Assembly: GCA_018897195.1 (NCBI GenBank)
Contig: JAHILH010000005.1
Location: 745-64,744, forward strand
Reading direction: 5' to 3'
Length of the DNA: 64,000 bases
From: Patescibacteria group bacterium
GTDB taxonomy: Bacteria; Patescibacteriota; Patescibacteriia; Patescibacteriales; UBA12075
Shown: piece after piece, positions 38,992 through 49,409 of the stretch
How positions within the stretch are numbered: the first letter of the stretch is position 1
Layout of the letters: every line of letters begins with the position of its first letter
Made by a program: the position numbers and the translations under genes
Notes under the pieces: model-generated
Databases searched by the model: none
What the model was told of the DNA's origin: nothing
Seen by the model: the letters and a program-made list of their open reading frames with translations, nothing else

Positions 38992-39603
38992 TTAATTTTT
39001 AACAATAAAGCCTTCTGGATTGGTGCAATAATTAATATCTGGGCCATCCGGCGCAAATCCGTAAATCATGGATACAATATCACGTTTCGCCTGATATTCT
39101 TCATCGGACAATTCAACCACCTTGCCACCTTCCTTGTCTAAAATAATTTCTGAGTAATCTAGCGTCTTGTCCTTCTTTTGATAATTAAAATAAAAAATCT
39201 TTTCTGGCTGTAAAAATCCTTCCTCTAGCAACTTATTTACTGCCCGATGAACTGCAATGTGTCGGCTATGGCCATACTCACCGTTTTCATTATGAGTAAA
39301 GACATATTGAAATTTTTTATTTTTTAATTTCTTGCGCAGTAACTTCTCTGCTTCTTCCGTCGCTTCATCAAGAGTCAACTCGTCAACGTCGTCCAGATCT
39401 GTCATGATACTCTTGGCACCGAGATACTCACACACACGCGCAAACTTTGGTGCGCGGTCCGCATCACTCGCACGACAGAGTGCAAATATGGTCCATCGCA
39501 AAGTCTTGTATCTCGCTATCGTGCCCCCCATCCAAATCGTCTCGTCGTCGGGATGCGCTACAATTACAAGCGCCTTTTTATTTTTTTTCAACAAGTCATT
39601 CAT
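38992..39603 (-). CDS. PIG-L family deacetylase
   Basis: AHPDDE and GEYGHSRH motifs. Confidence 0.9.
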   Translation of the reverse strand: MNDLLKKNKKALVIVAHPDDETIWMGGTIARYKTLRWTIFALCRASDADRAPKFARVCEYLGAKSIMTDLDDVDELTLDEATEEAEKLLRKKLKNKKFQYVFTHNENGEYGHSRHIAVHRAVNKLLEEGFLQPEKIFYFNYQKKDKTLDYSEIILDKEGGKVVELSDEEYQAKRDIVSMIYGFAPDGPDINYCTNPEGFIVKN

Positions 39604-39693
39604 ACTCTATATATTCTACCAAAAAACAAATAATAATTCAAATCATCTGTCCACACACAATGCGACACGCGCGCAAAGTCGTAAAGAAATCGT

Positions 39694-42228
39694 CTACCGT
39701 TTCTTGATAATTATTTTTGTCAGAAAAATTGCCAACAAGTACCCGACTAGCACGCCACCCAAAAGTATTATCCATTCATAGATCCCAAGACTGGTAACGT
39801 GAAAAAATGAATTTAGCGGTGTATATAAAATCATCAATTGCAGTAATACAGAAAAAGTTAAAGCGCTCAACAGCCACGGATTAGACATCCAACTTAAACC
39901 CTCAAAGCGCCTAATACTTGCGATTCTCACGAATTCATGCAGAATAAAGCCAGTAAACAAGGCAGCCCTGGCCACATTTTCGCCATGTGGCAAAATTAAC
40001 ACAAAGGTCGCCAACAAAATAATTGTTTTCATTATCCCAATTGAAACAATCATCAAACTCAATTGTTTATTTATAATTGGTTCGCCATTTTTACGAGGCT
40101 TCTTACGCATCACCGCCGGTCCGGCCGGATCAACGCCAAGCGCCAGAGCCGGCAAGCCATCAGTAAGAAGATTGATCCACAAAATCTGCACTGGAAACAA
40201 AATCGGCTCCTCTAAGGTAAACAAAAGTGTCGATAAAAAAATCACCGAGATTTCAGCAAAGTTGGAAACTAATAAATAATTTATAAACTTTCGAATGTTG
40301 TCAAAAATTCTTCTACCCTCACGCACCGCCACAACAATTGTTGAAAAATTATCATCTAACAAGATGATGTCACTCGACTCTTTGGCTACTGCCGAACCTT
40401 TAACACCCATAGCAATACCAACGTCAGCTTTTTTTAAAGCCAAGGAGTCGTTCACGCCGTCACCAGTCATGGCAACACGATATTTTTTTTGCAAAATATC
40501 TAATATTTTTAGCTTATGAAAAGGAGTTGTGCGTGCAAAAACATTAACACCATCGCTAAGTTTTTTTTCCAATGCCCCTGTAGTCATTTTTTCGATCTCC
40601 CAACCTTCGACAACACCCGCACTGTCCAATCCAATCAAATCCGCTACAGCTTTAGCTGTTGTTGCATTATCGCCAGTAATCATAATCACGCGAATGCCCG
40701 CCGTCTTGCAATCACTGATAACTTGCGCTGTCTCCGGGTGAGGCGGATCAGCCATGGCCTGCAAGCCTATCCAAATCAAATCATTTTCATCACTGGTTAT
40801 ATTCTCCAAGTCTTTATAAGCGAACCCCAAGACACGCAAGGCACTCGTTGAAAAAACTTTATTTTGTGCCAAGATATTCTCATGATCTTGTTCATTAATT
40901 TTTTCAACCTTACCGTTAAGCATAATGCGATTGCATTTTGCTAACAGTATTTCTGGCGCCCCCTTGGAGTACATCTTTAAACCATCCGCAACATCCTGAA
41001 CAATCACGCTCATCATTTTTCGCTCAGAACTAAAAGACGCTTCATCAAGTCTTTTGTATTTTTTTTCAATCTCATCTTTTAAAAAACCAAAGCGTTCACC
41101 AATCTTCATTAAGCCAATCTCTGTCTGTTCACCAAGATATTTTTTCTTCCCCTCAGGATGGCCTTCCACTTTTACATTATTACAAATAACACCGCACTCC
41201 AACAAAGGGGCTGTTTCTATTTTTTCATTCTCATCCAACTCCACCGCATCAACGCCAAAAACTTTATTGTTTAAATACAAAAAACTGACCGACATTTCAT
41301 TCTTGGTTATTGTGCCAGTTTTATCTGAACAGATAATATCAATCGCTCCAATTGACTCAACCACACTCAACTTTCTAATGAGGGCATTATTTTTATACAT
41401 TGAATTGGCGCCCACGGCCAAAGCGAGCACGACGACTGCTGGCAATCCCTCTGGAATCGCGGCGACTGCCAAAGAGATTGCCGTTAGCAAAGAAGTATAT
41501 AAATCATATTTTAAATAGGTAAAAATAAAAACAATAACAGTAATTGCCCCAGATGCCCAAAATATTTTTTTACTAAAATTCTCAATCTCTTCTTCAAATA
41601 AACTTTTACGCTCCTCAATTGATTGCAAGGCGTTCGCAATCTGACCGATTTTTGTTTGCATGCCTATTTTCAAAATCTCAATTTTGGCATTTCCCACATG
41701 AATCGAGGTGTCCATGAATATTTCCTCATTATTTTTTCTCTCTACTACTTCAGATTCACCCGTCAGTATCGATTCATCAATCTTTAAATTGTACGACTCC
41801 AAGATAAGCGCGTCGGCTGGCACAATATCACCCGCCTCTAACAAAACAATGTCACCAACCACCAAGTTGATAACTGATACTTCCGCAACATGTCCGTCAC
41901 GAACAACCTGAACATTTGGAATAGAGTAATACTGCAAAGCCTCAATTGACCTTTCAGCCTTATATTCCTGAAAAAAACCGGATAGACCGGTTATTAAAAC
42001 TATTATTAAAATTAAGACCGTATCAAAGAGATTGGAAGTTTGTCCAGGTAGATAACCAATAAAAAAAGAAATGGAGGCCGCCAAGACAAGAAGAATGATT
42101 AATGGCGATGTAAATTGTGATAAAAAAATTTTCCACGTGTTTGCCTTCTTTGTCCGCTTAATTTCATTTTTACCAAATTGTTTTTGCTTTTCCAAAACCG
42201 CCTCAGTGCTTAATCCTTGTGTAATCAT
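39694..42228 (-). CDS. P-type cation-transporting ATPase (Ca2+, P2A-like)
   Basis: TGES, PEGL, DKTGT, KGAPE, GDGVND. Confidence 0.95.
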   Translation of the reverse strand: MITQGLSTEAVLEKQKQFGKNEIKRTKKANTWKIFLSQFTSPLIILLVLAASISFFIGYLPGQTSNLFDTVLILIIVLITGLSGFFQEYKAERSIEALQYYSIPNVQVVRDGHVAEVSVINLVVGDIVLLEAGDIVPADALILESYNLKIDESILTGESEVVERKNNEEIFMDTSIHVGNAKIEILKIGMQTKIGQIANALQSIEERKSLFEEEIENFSKKIFWASGAITVIVFIFTYLKYDLYTSLLTAISLAVAAIPEGLPAVVVLALAVGANSMYKNNALIRKLSVVESIGAIDIICSDKTGTITKNEMSVSFLYLNNKVFGVDAVELDENEKIETAPLLECGVICNNVKVEGHPEGKKKYLGEQTEIGLMKIGERFGFLKDEIEKKYKRLDEASFSSERKMMSVIVQDVADGLKMYSKGAPEILLAKCNRIMLNGKVEKINEQDHENILAQNKVFSTSALRVLGFAYKDLENITSDENDLIWIGLQAMADPPHPETAQVISDCKTAGIRVIMITGDNATTAKAVADLIGLDSAGVVEGWEIEKMTTGALEKKLSDGVNVFARTTPFHKLKILDILQKKYRVAMTGDGVNDSLALKKADVGIAMGVKGSAVAKESSDIILLDDNFSTIVVAVREGRRIFDNIRKFINYLLVSNFAEISVIFLSTLLFTLEEPILFPVQILWINLLTDGLPALALGVDPAGPAVMRKKPRKNGEPIINKQLSLMIVSIGIMKTIILLATFVLILPHGENVARAALFTGFILHEFVRIASIRRFEGLSWMSNPWLLSALTFSVLLQLMILYTPLNSFFHVTSLGIYEWIILLGGVLVGYLLAIFLTKIIIKKR

Positions 42229-42255
42229 GTAAAATTATCAATTAATAATAAATAT

Positions 42256-43011
42256 TTATGCTAAAGAAAAAAATAAAATACCGCTAGCCACGGCAACGTT
42301 CAACGATTCCATATCTGGAGAAATATTTATTTTAACAAACTCATCAGTCAACACCTGGATAGACGAACTAACTCCATGAGCTTCACTGCCAAGCACTAAA
42401 CAATACTTATTGTAGGCCTTAAAATCGCGTACATCCCGAGCGTCTTCCATTCTAGTTGAGATTATCGGCATCCTCGGTTTTATTTTTTTCAAAATTTCTA
42501 AGTCTTTATCAATATCAATATTCAATTTAAAAATCGCATCCTTGGATGCTTGGATAGTTTTAGGATTATAAAGATCAACGCAATGCTCATCTAAGACAAC
42601 ATTTTTAAAACCAAAGGCTAAGGCTGAACGCAAGATTGTGCCTAAATTACCCGGGTCGCTGATATTATTCAAATAGACAATTTTATCACTAAAATCGAGG
42701 TCGCGCTTTTTTATTTTATACACTGCACAAATACCAGACGGCGTCTCTAGACTAGAAAAAGCTTTATTTATTTGCTCATTGATCACAAAATAATCACCTG
42801 CTCGTTTTAAAATGTCAGGTAATCTTTCCGACTCGCTTTTCAAAAAAGTTTCAGTCACAAATAAAGACTCGAAAACAATCCCCGACTTCAAAGCATCGCT
42901 AATAATTTTCAAATTCTCCACTACAAACTCCCCCGCTTCTTCGCGATGTTTTTTTTGATTAAGTTTTTTCAAGTGCTTAATTTTTTCGTTGTCTTTGCTT
43001 ATAATTTTCAT
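42256..43011 (-). CDS. TrmH/SpoU-family RNA methyltransferase
   Basis: DPGNLGTILRSA, GSEAHG, ESLNVAVA. Confidence 0.92.
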   Translation of the reverse strand: MKIISKDNEKIKHLKKLNQKKHREEAGEFVVENLKIISDALKSGIVFESLFVTETFLKSESERLPDILKRAGDYFVINEQINKAFSSLETPSGICAVYKIKKRDLDFSDKIVYLNNISDPGNLGTILRSALAFGFKNVVLDEHCVDLYNPKTIQASKDAIFKLNIDIDKDLEILKKIKPRMPIISTRMEDARDVRDFKAYNKYCLVLGSEAHGVSSSIQVLTDEFVKINISPDMESLNVAVASGILFFSLA

Positions 43012-43022
43012 ACAATTTTATT

Positions 43023-43117
43023 GACTCCCTCGCCCCGCCGGGAGAGGGTTGGGGTGAGGGAGCCGTCACCGAAAATCTACCTCACCCTGCCCCTCTCCTA
43101 TCCAGGAGAGGGAACTA
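43023..43117. repeat. Pair of REP-like repeats (family A at 43023-43062, family B at 43077-43117)
   Basis: Reverse complements nearly match the 8395 and 37573 copies. Confidence 0.85.
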
Positions 43118-43137
43118 TATTGCTAATTTTTAATTAT

Positions 43138-43692
43138 CTAAAATAAAATTTTCTTAAGCTCTCCTCGTCTCTCATTATAGTCCGGCAAAATACTACCAAC
43201 TAAATCCCAAAATTTTTTCGAATGGTTCATCTCGCGCAAATGGCAAAGCTCGTGCACCACAACGTAATCCGCTAAATCCTTTTCTAAAAAAAGTAATTTA
43301 TAATTAAAATTCAAATTCCGCTTCGAGCTACAACTCCCCCACACCTTTTTTTGATTCTTGATAAAAACTTTTTCATAGGGCAATTTCAATAAACCATTGT
43401 AGTGGGTCAATCTCTCAGTAATAAACCCTCGCGCCTGCTCTTTGTAATCCTGATACTTCTTGTCCTTAAAAAGATTGGCAAACGGATTATTCTTCGCCTT
43501 CTCAATAACCCCCACCACCCACTCGGAATTCTTTAAAAGAAATCCCTCAGCCAGCCAGCGATTGGCAAACCAGGGCACCGTCACGGTCAAACCCGAAGAC
43601 TGACAATAGGAAATCCTCATCCGCCTTGAGCGCTTATTTTTTTTATACAGATAATCAACCAACTGGCCGTTTATTTTAAGTTGTTTTTTCAT
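43138..43692 (-). CDS. YgjP/DUF45 (M48-like) metal-dependent hydrolase
   Basis: WGSCS, YVVVHELCHL, NHSKKFW. Confidence 0.88.
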   Translation of the reverse strand: MKKQLKINGQLVDYLYKKNKRSRRMRISYCQSSGLTVTVPWFANRWLAEGFLLKNSEWVVGVIEKAKNNPFANLFKDKKYQDYKEQARGFITERLTHYNGLLKLPYEKVFIKNQKKVWGSCSSKRNLNFNYKLLFLEKDLADYVVVHELCHLREMNHSKKFWDLVGSILPDYNERRGELKKILF

Positions 43693-44801
43693 CTCAATTT
43701 AAATATAGGAATTTCTGAGTCAGCACTTGTGCGCATTGGTGCGCCCCAAGTACCAGCACCACTTGAAGTGTAAACCTGTAAATCACCAAAAGTATTTAAA
43801 CCATGATCAAAACCTTTAAAAATAAAATCCGTAATCAAGCCAAAGGGAAACAATTGACCACGATGCGTATGTCCTGCCAAGAGCAAGTCGATGCCAGCAT
43901 CAGCAAATTCATTAATCTTATCTGGAACATGGTGCAAGAGAATAGTCGGCTTAGCGCTCGAATAGTTTTGCCAAGTATGAATCTGATCTTGGTAGCTCAT
44001 GCCACCCAACTGAAAAGCATAATTAATCCCTGCTAACTGCACACCATTCAAATCCACAAACCCATTGGACAAAAGATTGATGCCCACTTTTTTCAAGTCT
44101 GTATCAAGTTTTTCTTCGCCGGCATAAAAATCATGATTACCAGTAGTAAAATAAACTCCCATGGGCGCCTTAAGTCGTCCGATATGGCTAATCAATTGGT
44201 CCATGTTGCCGTCCGTACCATCAAATAAATCACCGGTAATCACAATCAGGTCTGGCTTTTCCTGATTAACTAAATCCAATAATCGTTGCACCGACTTCAC
44301 ACCATAGACTTGTCCAAAATGCGTGTCAGAAACCTGCATCACCCGCTTGCCCTGCCACGTCGCTGGCAAGTCCTTGAGGATAACATCAAAATTTTTCACC
44401 TTTACATCCGAGGCATGATATACTCCCCAGGAAGAAAACAAGAAAAAGAAGGCAAAAATAACAATACTAATTATTCTAAAATCAGCCCGACATTTTATCA
44501 AGCGATGCGGCCCTCTCAATACCCACAAAACAACCGAAGCCAAGAGAAAATTGACCAAATAGCCTAACCATAGAGAAGAAGCAATATAAAATAAACGAAT
44601 CAACCAACTACTATCTACCCGCGCTAAAAAAGACGCCAAAATAAAACTAAAAGAAACGGCGATACCTACATAAAAAAGAATCTTAATGCCCCGTCGCTTT
44701 TCAATCGCAAAAAATCTAATTACGGAAAAATAAACAAACCAGTGCGTTCCTAGGATCACGGTCAAAACTACTGTTAGAAATAAAAAATAAGCTAGAAACA
44801 T
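43689..44801 (-). CDS. Membrane-bound metallophosphoesterase (YkuE-like)
   Basis: SDTH, GDLFD, GNHD, GHTH; four N-terminal TMs. Confidence 0.9.
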   Translation of the reverse strand: MFLAYFLFLTVVLTVILGTHWFVYFSVIRFFAIEKRRGIKILFYVGIAVSFSFILASFLARVDSSWLIRLFYIASSLWLGYLVNFLLASVVLWVLRGPHRLIKCRADFRIISIVIFAFFFLFSSWGVYHASDVKVKNFDVILKDLPATWQGKRVMQVSDTHFGQVYGVKSVQRLLDLVNQEKPDLIVITGDLFDGTDGNMDQLISHIGRLKAPMGVYFTTGNHDFYAGEEKLDTDLKKVGINLLSNGFVDLNGVQLAGINYAFQLGGMSYQDQIHTWQNYSSAKPTILLHHVPDKINEFADAGIDLLLAGHTHRGQLFPFGLITDFIFKGFDHGLNTFGDLQVYTSSGAGTWGAPMRTSADSEIPIFKLR

Positions 44802-44859
44802 TTACTATAATAAAGATTAATAATACTTATTATACCAAATATCGAGAAAAATATCCAAT

Positions 44860-46200
44860 TTAATCAATCTTTTCATTTTTATGCAACATTCCCAATGCAA
44901 ACCAGAACAAAATGACTCCCATATGCAAACTCCACCACCAATGATCAAACATCATCATGAAAATCAGGGGCAAAAAGATGCCAATTTGATAAAGATCAAC
45001 TTGATTCCTTTTTGCTCGTTCAAAAAGTTCACCAAAGATAAATTGTAATAAAGAGATAAACAAAATAAAACCAAACAAACCAACTTCCGCCCAAACTAAC
45101 AAGAAAGAATTATGCACTGGTTGGTAAAACCAGTTCACCTGATCTGGTATTTTGGCTTTTTCCGCCAAAGTATAATTACCTAGGCCAACGCCGAAAAACC
45201 ATTTTTCTTTAATAATACCAATCGAGTCGCTAATCAAACCACTACGTTCACTTGAAGAAATATTTTCTAACCGCGTATTACCGAACAAGCGATCGTCAAC
45301 CAAGAGACCGAACTGCGAATAGAAAACCGCAAATAAAATTCCAGAAAATAATATAATTTTTAAAACTTGCAAGTAAACTAGTAAATTCTTCTTAACCACG
45401 GCTACAGCCAACATCGTAGCGACACCAAGCGCTAGACCGAGCCAGGCTGTACGCGAAAAAGTAAAAAACAGGGCTAATAGAGACGTAAAATACAAAAAAG
45501 AAAACAACAAAAAGATTTTATTAGCAATATTTTCTTCCTTATTCAAAGTTTTGATATACGCAAAAAGTAAAAATAAAATTCCTACCACCAACAATCCGCC
45601 CAAAATATTCGGATGGTCCTGTCCACCATAAGCTCGTAGCCATCTTTGCCAAATACCATCACCGCCCAAAACCTCCACCACTGAAACGCCCGCATCAGAA
45701 GGATTATGTGAAGCTAAGCCCAGCCACTTATACGCAAAACTCGACTGACTTAAGAATTGCCAAATCGCTAAAGCGGCTTGCGCAAAGATGCCCATAGCCA
45801 ACCAAAAAATTACCCTAACTTTTTCAATTGGAAATTTCACCAACACAAAAAACAAACCAATCGCCAGCAAAAAACGTCCATACAAGAATAAGGCGATATG
45901 GCTATCAAAACCCGCAAAGATAGACATAAAAACAATAAACTCCAGGCCACCCACCAATGACAAAAGTGCATTTTTCATAAAAGGAACTTTCACCGTCTTT
46001 TCTTTCTTAAAACTATAAAACACAAACACCGCCAATAAGACCAAGATTAAAATATCAATGCCATACAAGCTCATCGTTTTATACTCCGAATAACCACCGT
46101 TAATCTCCCCTGCCTTAATAATCCAACGCGTTTGCAAGGGCAAGAAAAAAGCGACCGCGTAAATTAGTTTTTCAATAATTTTATTCATAATTTTTTCCAT
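44860..46200 (-). CDS. O-antigen ligase-family membrane protein
   Basis: RAYG..HPN, TFSRTAW, GVGLGNY, PVHNSFL. Confidence 0.85.
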   Translation of the reverse strand: MEKIMNKIIEKLIYAVAFFLPLQTRWIIKAGEINGGYSEYKTMSLYGIDILILVLLAVFVFYSFKKEKTVKVPFMKNALLSLVGGLEFIVFMSIFAGFDSHIALFLYGRFLLAIGLFFVLVKFPIEKVRVIFWLAMGIFAQAALAIWQFLSQSSFAYKWLGLASHNPSDAGVSVVEVLGGDGIWQRWLRAYGGQDHPNILGGLLVVGILFLLFAYIKTLNKEENIANKIFLLFSFLYFTSLLALFFTFSRTAWLGLALGVATMLAVAVVKKNLLVYLQVLKIILFSGILFAVFYSQFGLLVDDRLFGNTRLENISSSERSGLISDSIGIIKEKWFFGVGLGNYTLAEKAKIPDQVNWFYQPVHNSFLLVWAEVGLFGFILFISLLQFIFGELFERAKRNQVDLYQIGIFLPLIFMMMFDHWWWSLHMGVILFWFALGMLHKNEKID

Positions 46201-47144
46201 TATTTTAGTTGTCCAGCTATCTCGCTGTCTAGTTGTCTAAGTTTTATCAAATATAAATTTTTGTAATATTCTCGTCTATCATTCGAAATCAATTTTAACA
46301 CGCCGTCATTAATCACTACGCGTGTATCTTTATTCATTAACTCCTTCAAAACAGGCGACATTACTTTTAATTGATAATTCTTCAAATTAATATCCAAGCC
46401 ACCAATAAAAAGATCTATCACGTCGCGATAAAAAACAGAACTCTCTCGTCTAATCATTAAATCATTTTCAGTAACCGCCTCCGACCAATTCGGCATCTTA
46501 TCTAAAAACCAGTTATTGGCTTGAATTAATTTATAATAATAGTTGTCACGACAATAAATCGGTAACAAATTCGCCAACCAAAAATAAAAATAAACATCAT
46601 CCGCCATCATCAATTTTTGCAAATTTAAATTTTCCGTGGTCACAAAAAAACTCAAACAAATTTTATCCCTCACATTGTTTAGGGTTGGTCGCAAACCTAA
46701 TAACTTCACCAAAACAACGGCAAAAAAGCGCGTAATCCAAATCCTCTTATGTTCAGTGACTATAAAAAGATCAATATCACTCTCCTCTTTCATATTATCA
46801 GACCCAATCACATTGCTAATCGCAATCATTTTAATCCACGGAATAAAACTAAAAATGCGCGCTATCTTCAAGGCCTTTTTCTGTTTCTTCTTCGCGATAA
46901 TGCCTCGCTCCCTGCGTTGCTCATACAAGCTTTCGCGCCCTGGTAAAAAATAAAATCCGTCTTTCTCTTCTAAAAAATCACCCTCATCATTCAAAAAAGT
47001 CAAAATCTCGTCCAGACCACATTGATAATCACAAAACTTCCAAATTTCCATCACAGTTGGGGGAAATTCAAAGACATCAAAAAAGGCAACCACGCGCGTG
47101 ATAGCCTCCTTTATTTTATTGTTTTTTTCTACTTGATTATCCAT
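46200..47144 (-). CDS. Nucleotidyltransferase-like hypothetical protein
   Basis: SDIDLFIV motif; start/stop overlap with the downstream gene. Confidence 0.7.
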   Translation of the reverse strand: MDNQVEKNNKIKEAITRVVAFFDVFEFPPTVMEIWKFCDYQCGLDEILTFLNDEGDFLEEKDGFYFLPGRESLYEQRRERGIIAKKKQKKALKIARIFSFIPWIKMIAISNVIGSDNMKEESDIDLFIVTEHKRIWITRFFAVVLVKLLGLRPTLNNVRDKICLSFFVTTENLNLQKLMMADDVYFYFWLANLLPIYCRDNYYYKLIQANNWFLDKMPNWSEAVTENDLMIRRESSVFYRDVIDLFIGGLDINLKNYQLKVMSPVLKELMNKDTRVVINDGVLKLISNDRREYYKNLYLIKLRQLDSEIAGQLK

Positions 47145-47151
47145 ATTTTAA

Positions 47152-48264
47152 CTAATCACCACTCTTTGGTCCGTCTAATAGCATTGCCTCAATCTCCGAC
47201 TCGCCGCCGACAATCTTAATTACATCTTTATCAATCTTCTTAAATTCTTTATAGGCATTATTATAATGATTCACCGTCGTATTCATACTCGCACCTAATT
47301 TCTTTAAAAAATCATCATAACTATTAATATGCTTGCCCAATTTTTCCACGTTCACCTTAATACTCTTGGCACTCTCTTCAATTTGTAAGGCCCGTAAGCC
47401 CTGTAGGACAGTCTGCAAATAAGCCAAGAAAGATGTTGGCGACACGATAATGACATGCTTATCCTTGAAAGCATAGTCAATCAGGTCGCGTGTATTAATC
47501 TGCACCGTGCCAACTTTATTTACTAGTAAATCATAATAAATCGCCTCTGATGGAATAAACATAAACGCAAAATCCATCGTATTCTCCGCCTGCTTCACGT
47601 ATTTACTCGTTTCATCGATGCGCATCTTCAAATCTTGTTTAAACAACTTCTCAAACTTCTCCCGCGTCTCCTGATCGGTCGCCGTCAAGATTCTTTCGTA
47701 ATTTTCCAAACTGAATTTCGAATCGACGGGAATGATTTTGTCCTTCACAAACACCACAGCATCAACAATCGTGCCGTCCTTGAAAGGATATTGCATTTGG
47801 TAGGAATTTGGTGGTAAAACATTTTTTAAAGTTTCTTCTAAAAAATATTCACCGAGTACGCCACGTTGTTTCGGATTTTTCAAAATGTCTTGCAAGTTTT
47901 TTAATTGCTCAGAAAAATTCACGACTTGTTTATTCGTCTCATCCAACTTGGTTAATTTCTCAGTCACCTCAGAAATAAGTTTAGCCGACTGTCCACTAAT
48001 CCCATGCACTGTCTTCATCGTCTGTCCTAATTGCTCCTGTGTATTGCGATATTGTTCTTGTGTCGTCCGATGTGTTTCTGCCAACTTCCGATCCAAAGTT
48101 TCTCGCAACTCTTTATTCTGATTTCCTAGCCCGGTTAAACGCTCTAACATGGTCGTTATTTTATCATCACTTCCATTACTACTATTTTTTAATAACAAAA
48201 AAATTACTACTCCGATTCCAGCAATTAAAATTATTAACAAAACTGTGATAATGGCTAAATTCAT
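47152..48264 (-). CDS. rmuC: DNA recombination protein RmuC
   Basis: N-terminal TM, coiled coil, RGVLGE, VDSKF, DFAFMFIPSE, SPTS. Confidence 0.9.
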   Translation of the reverse strand: MNLAIITVLLIILIAGIGVVIFLLLKNSSNGSDDKITTMLERLTGLGNQNKELRETLDRKLAETHRTTQEQYRNTQEQLGQTMKTVHGISGQSAKLISEVTEKLTKLDETNKQVVNFSEQLKNLQDILKNPKQRGVLGEYFLEETLKNVLPPNSYQMQYPFKDGTIVDAVVFVKDKIIPVDSKFSLENYERILTATDQETREKFEKLFKQDLKMRIDETSKYVKQAENTMDFAFMFIPSEAIYYDLLVNKVGTVQINTRDLIDYAFKDKHVIIVSPTSFLAYLQTVLQGLRALQIEESAKSIKVNVEKLGKHINSYDDFLKKLGASMNTTVNHYNNAYKEFKKIDKDVIKIVGGESEIEAMLLDGPKSGD

Positions 48265-48369
48265 ATATTCGTAATTTTTAATTCATAATTCATAATTGAT
48301 TACATTTTACCAATAAAAAAACCTAAGCACAAGACCTAGATTTTATCTATAAAATATCTAATATTAGGA

Positions 48370-49287
48370 TTAAACTGCAATTTCTTTTTTCGATTTCCAA
48401 AAGAAAAAAGCAACTACGCCAATAGTAATCGTTGGCGATATCCAACCAGGCACGTGAATCCCAAAACTATCTACCAACATTATCGTTCCCAAAAACAAAA
48501 CTGAATACATCGCGCCATTTTTCAGATAAACATACTTCTTAATCCTATCAATATTGCCAATCGTTAGTTGTCGCACTACGAAGGCGCCGATACCATTTCC
48601 AAAAAGAATCAAGGGCACCGCCAATGTGAAGGCGAACGCGCCCAAAACTCCATCAATCGAAAAAGTGGTATCAATCACCTCTAAATATAAAATCTTGCTC
48701 CAATCCGACATATTGCCCGCACCACTCAATAATTTCTGCTCACCAGCTTCAGCATTTTGCTTAAAACCATGAGTAATAAAAAAAGCAGTTGAACCAACAA
48801 CGGCACCAAAGGCCATCATAGTGTTCGTTTTAAGCCCATACCACACAATAACGGTTAAAATTATAGACACTACAGCATAAAACCACACTCCTTGTTCATA
48901 AAAAAATTTCTCCCCGCGTAAGCCAAAACTCTTAGTCTCCAAAAACAGCCAATGAAAAAATAAAAACACTAAAAAGATTCCGCCGCCAGCCAAAAGAATC
49001 GGCGCCGAGGCCTCAATTGCCCCCATCACCTTCGGATCACTAGAAAAAGTCGCCGTCAAAGAACCAATCATGCCCAGCTCAGGCATTACCGCCCAGACAA
49101 TCAGCCATGGCAAAAGTCCGCGCACCAAAAAAACCGCAAACAACAGTCCCCAAAAAAGAAACCATTTTCGCGCCTTGGCTGACATCGTCGACAAAACCTC
49201 CGCATTGATAATCGCATTATCAATACTAGAAATAATCTCAAAAAGAGACAAACCAACAACTGTAAAAATCATTGAAAAAATAGGCAT
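48370..49287 (-). CDS. DUF475/TerC-like integral membrane protein
   Basis: SIDNAIINA, LEVIDTTFSIDGVLGAFA. Confidence 0.85.
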   Translation of the reverse strand: MPIFSMIFTVVGLSLFEIISSIDNAIINAEVLSTMSAKARKWFLFWGLLFAVFLVRGLLPWLIVWAVMPELGMIGSLTATFSSDPKVMGAIEASAPILLAGGGIFLVFLFFHWLFLETKSFGLRGEKFFYEQGVWFYAVVSIILTVIVWYGLKTNTMMAFGAVVGSTAFFITHGFKQNAEAGEQKLLSGAGNMSDWSKILYLEVIDTTFSIDGVLGAFAFTLAVPLILFGNGIGAFVVRQLTIGNIDRIKKYVYLKNGAMYSVLFLGTIMLVDSFGIHVPGWISPTITIGVVAFFFWKSKKEIAV

Positions 49288-49409
49288 ATGCTTTATTATA
49301 TCTCATATATAATATTTTATCAATCTAAGTCAAATTGACTTTAATCTTTAATTGCGCTTTAATAAACAAATAAAAATAAACAGAAAAATAAAAGCCTAAG
49401 GAGGCAATC

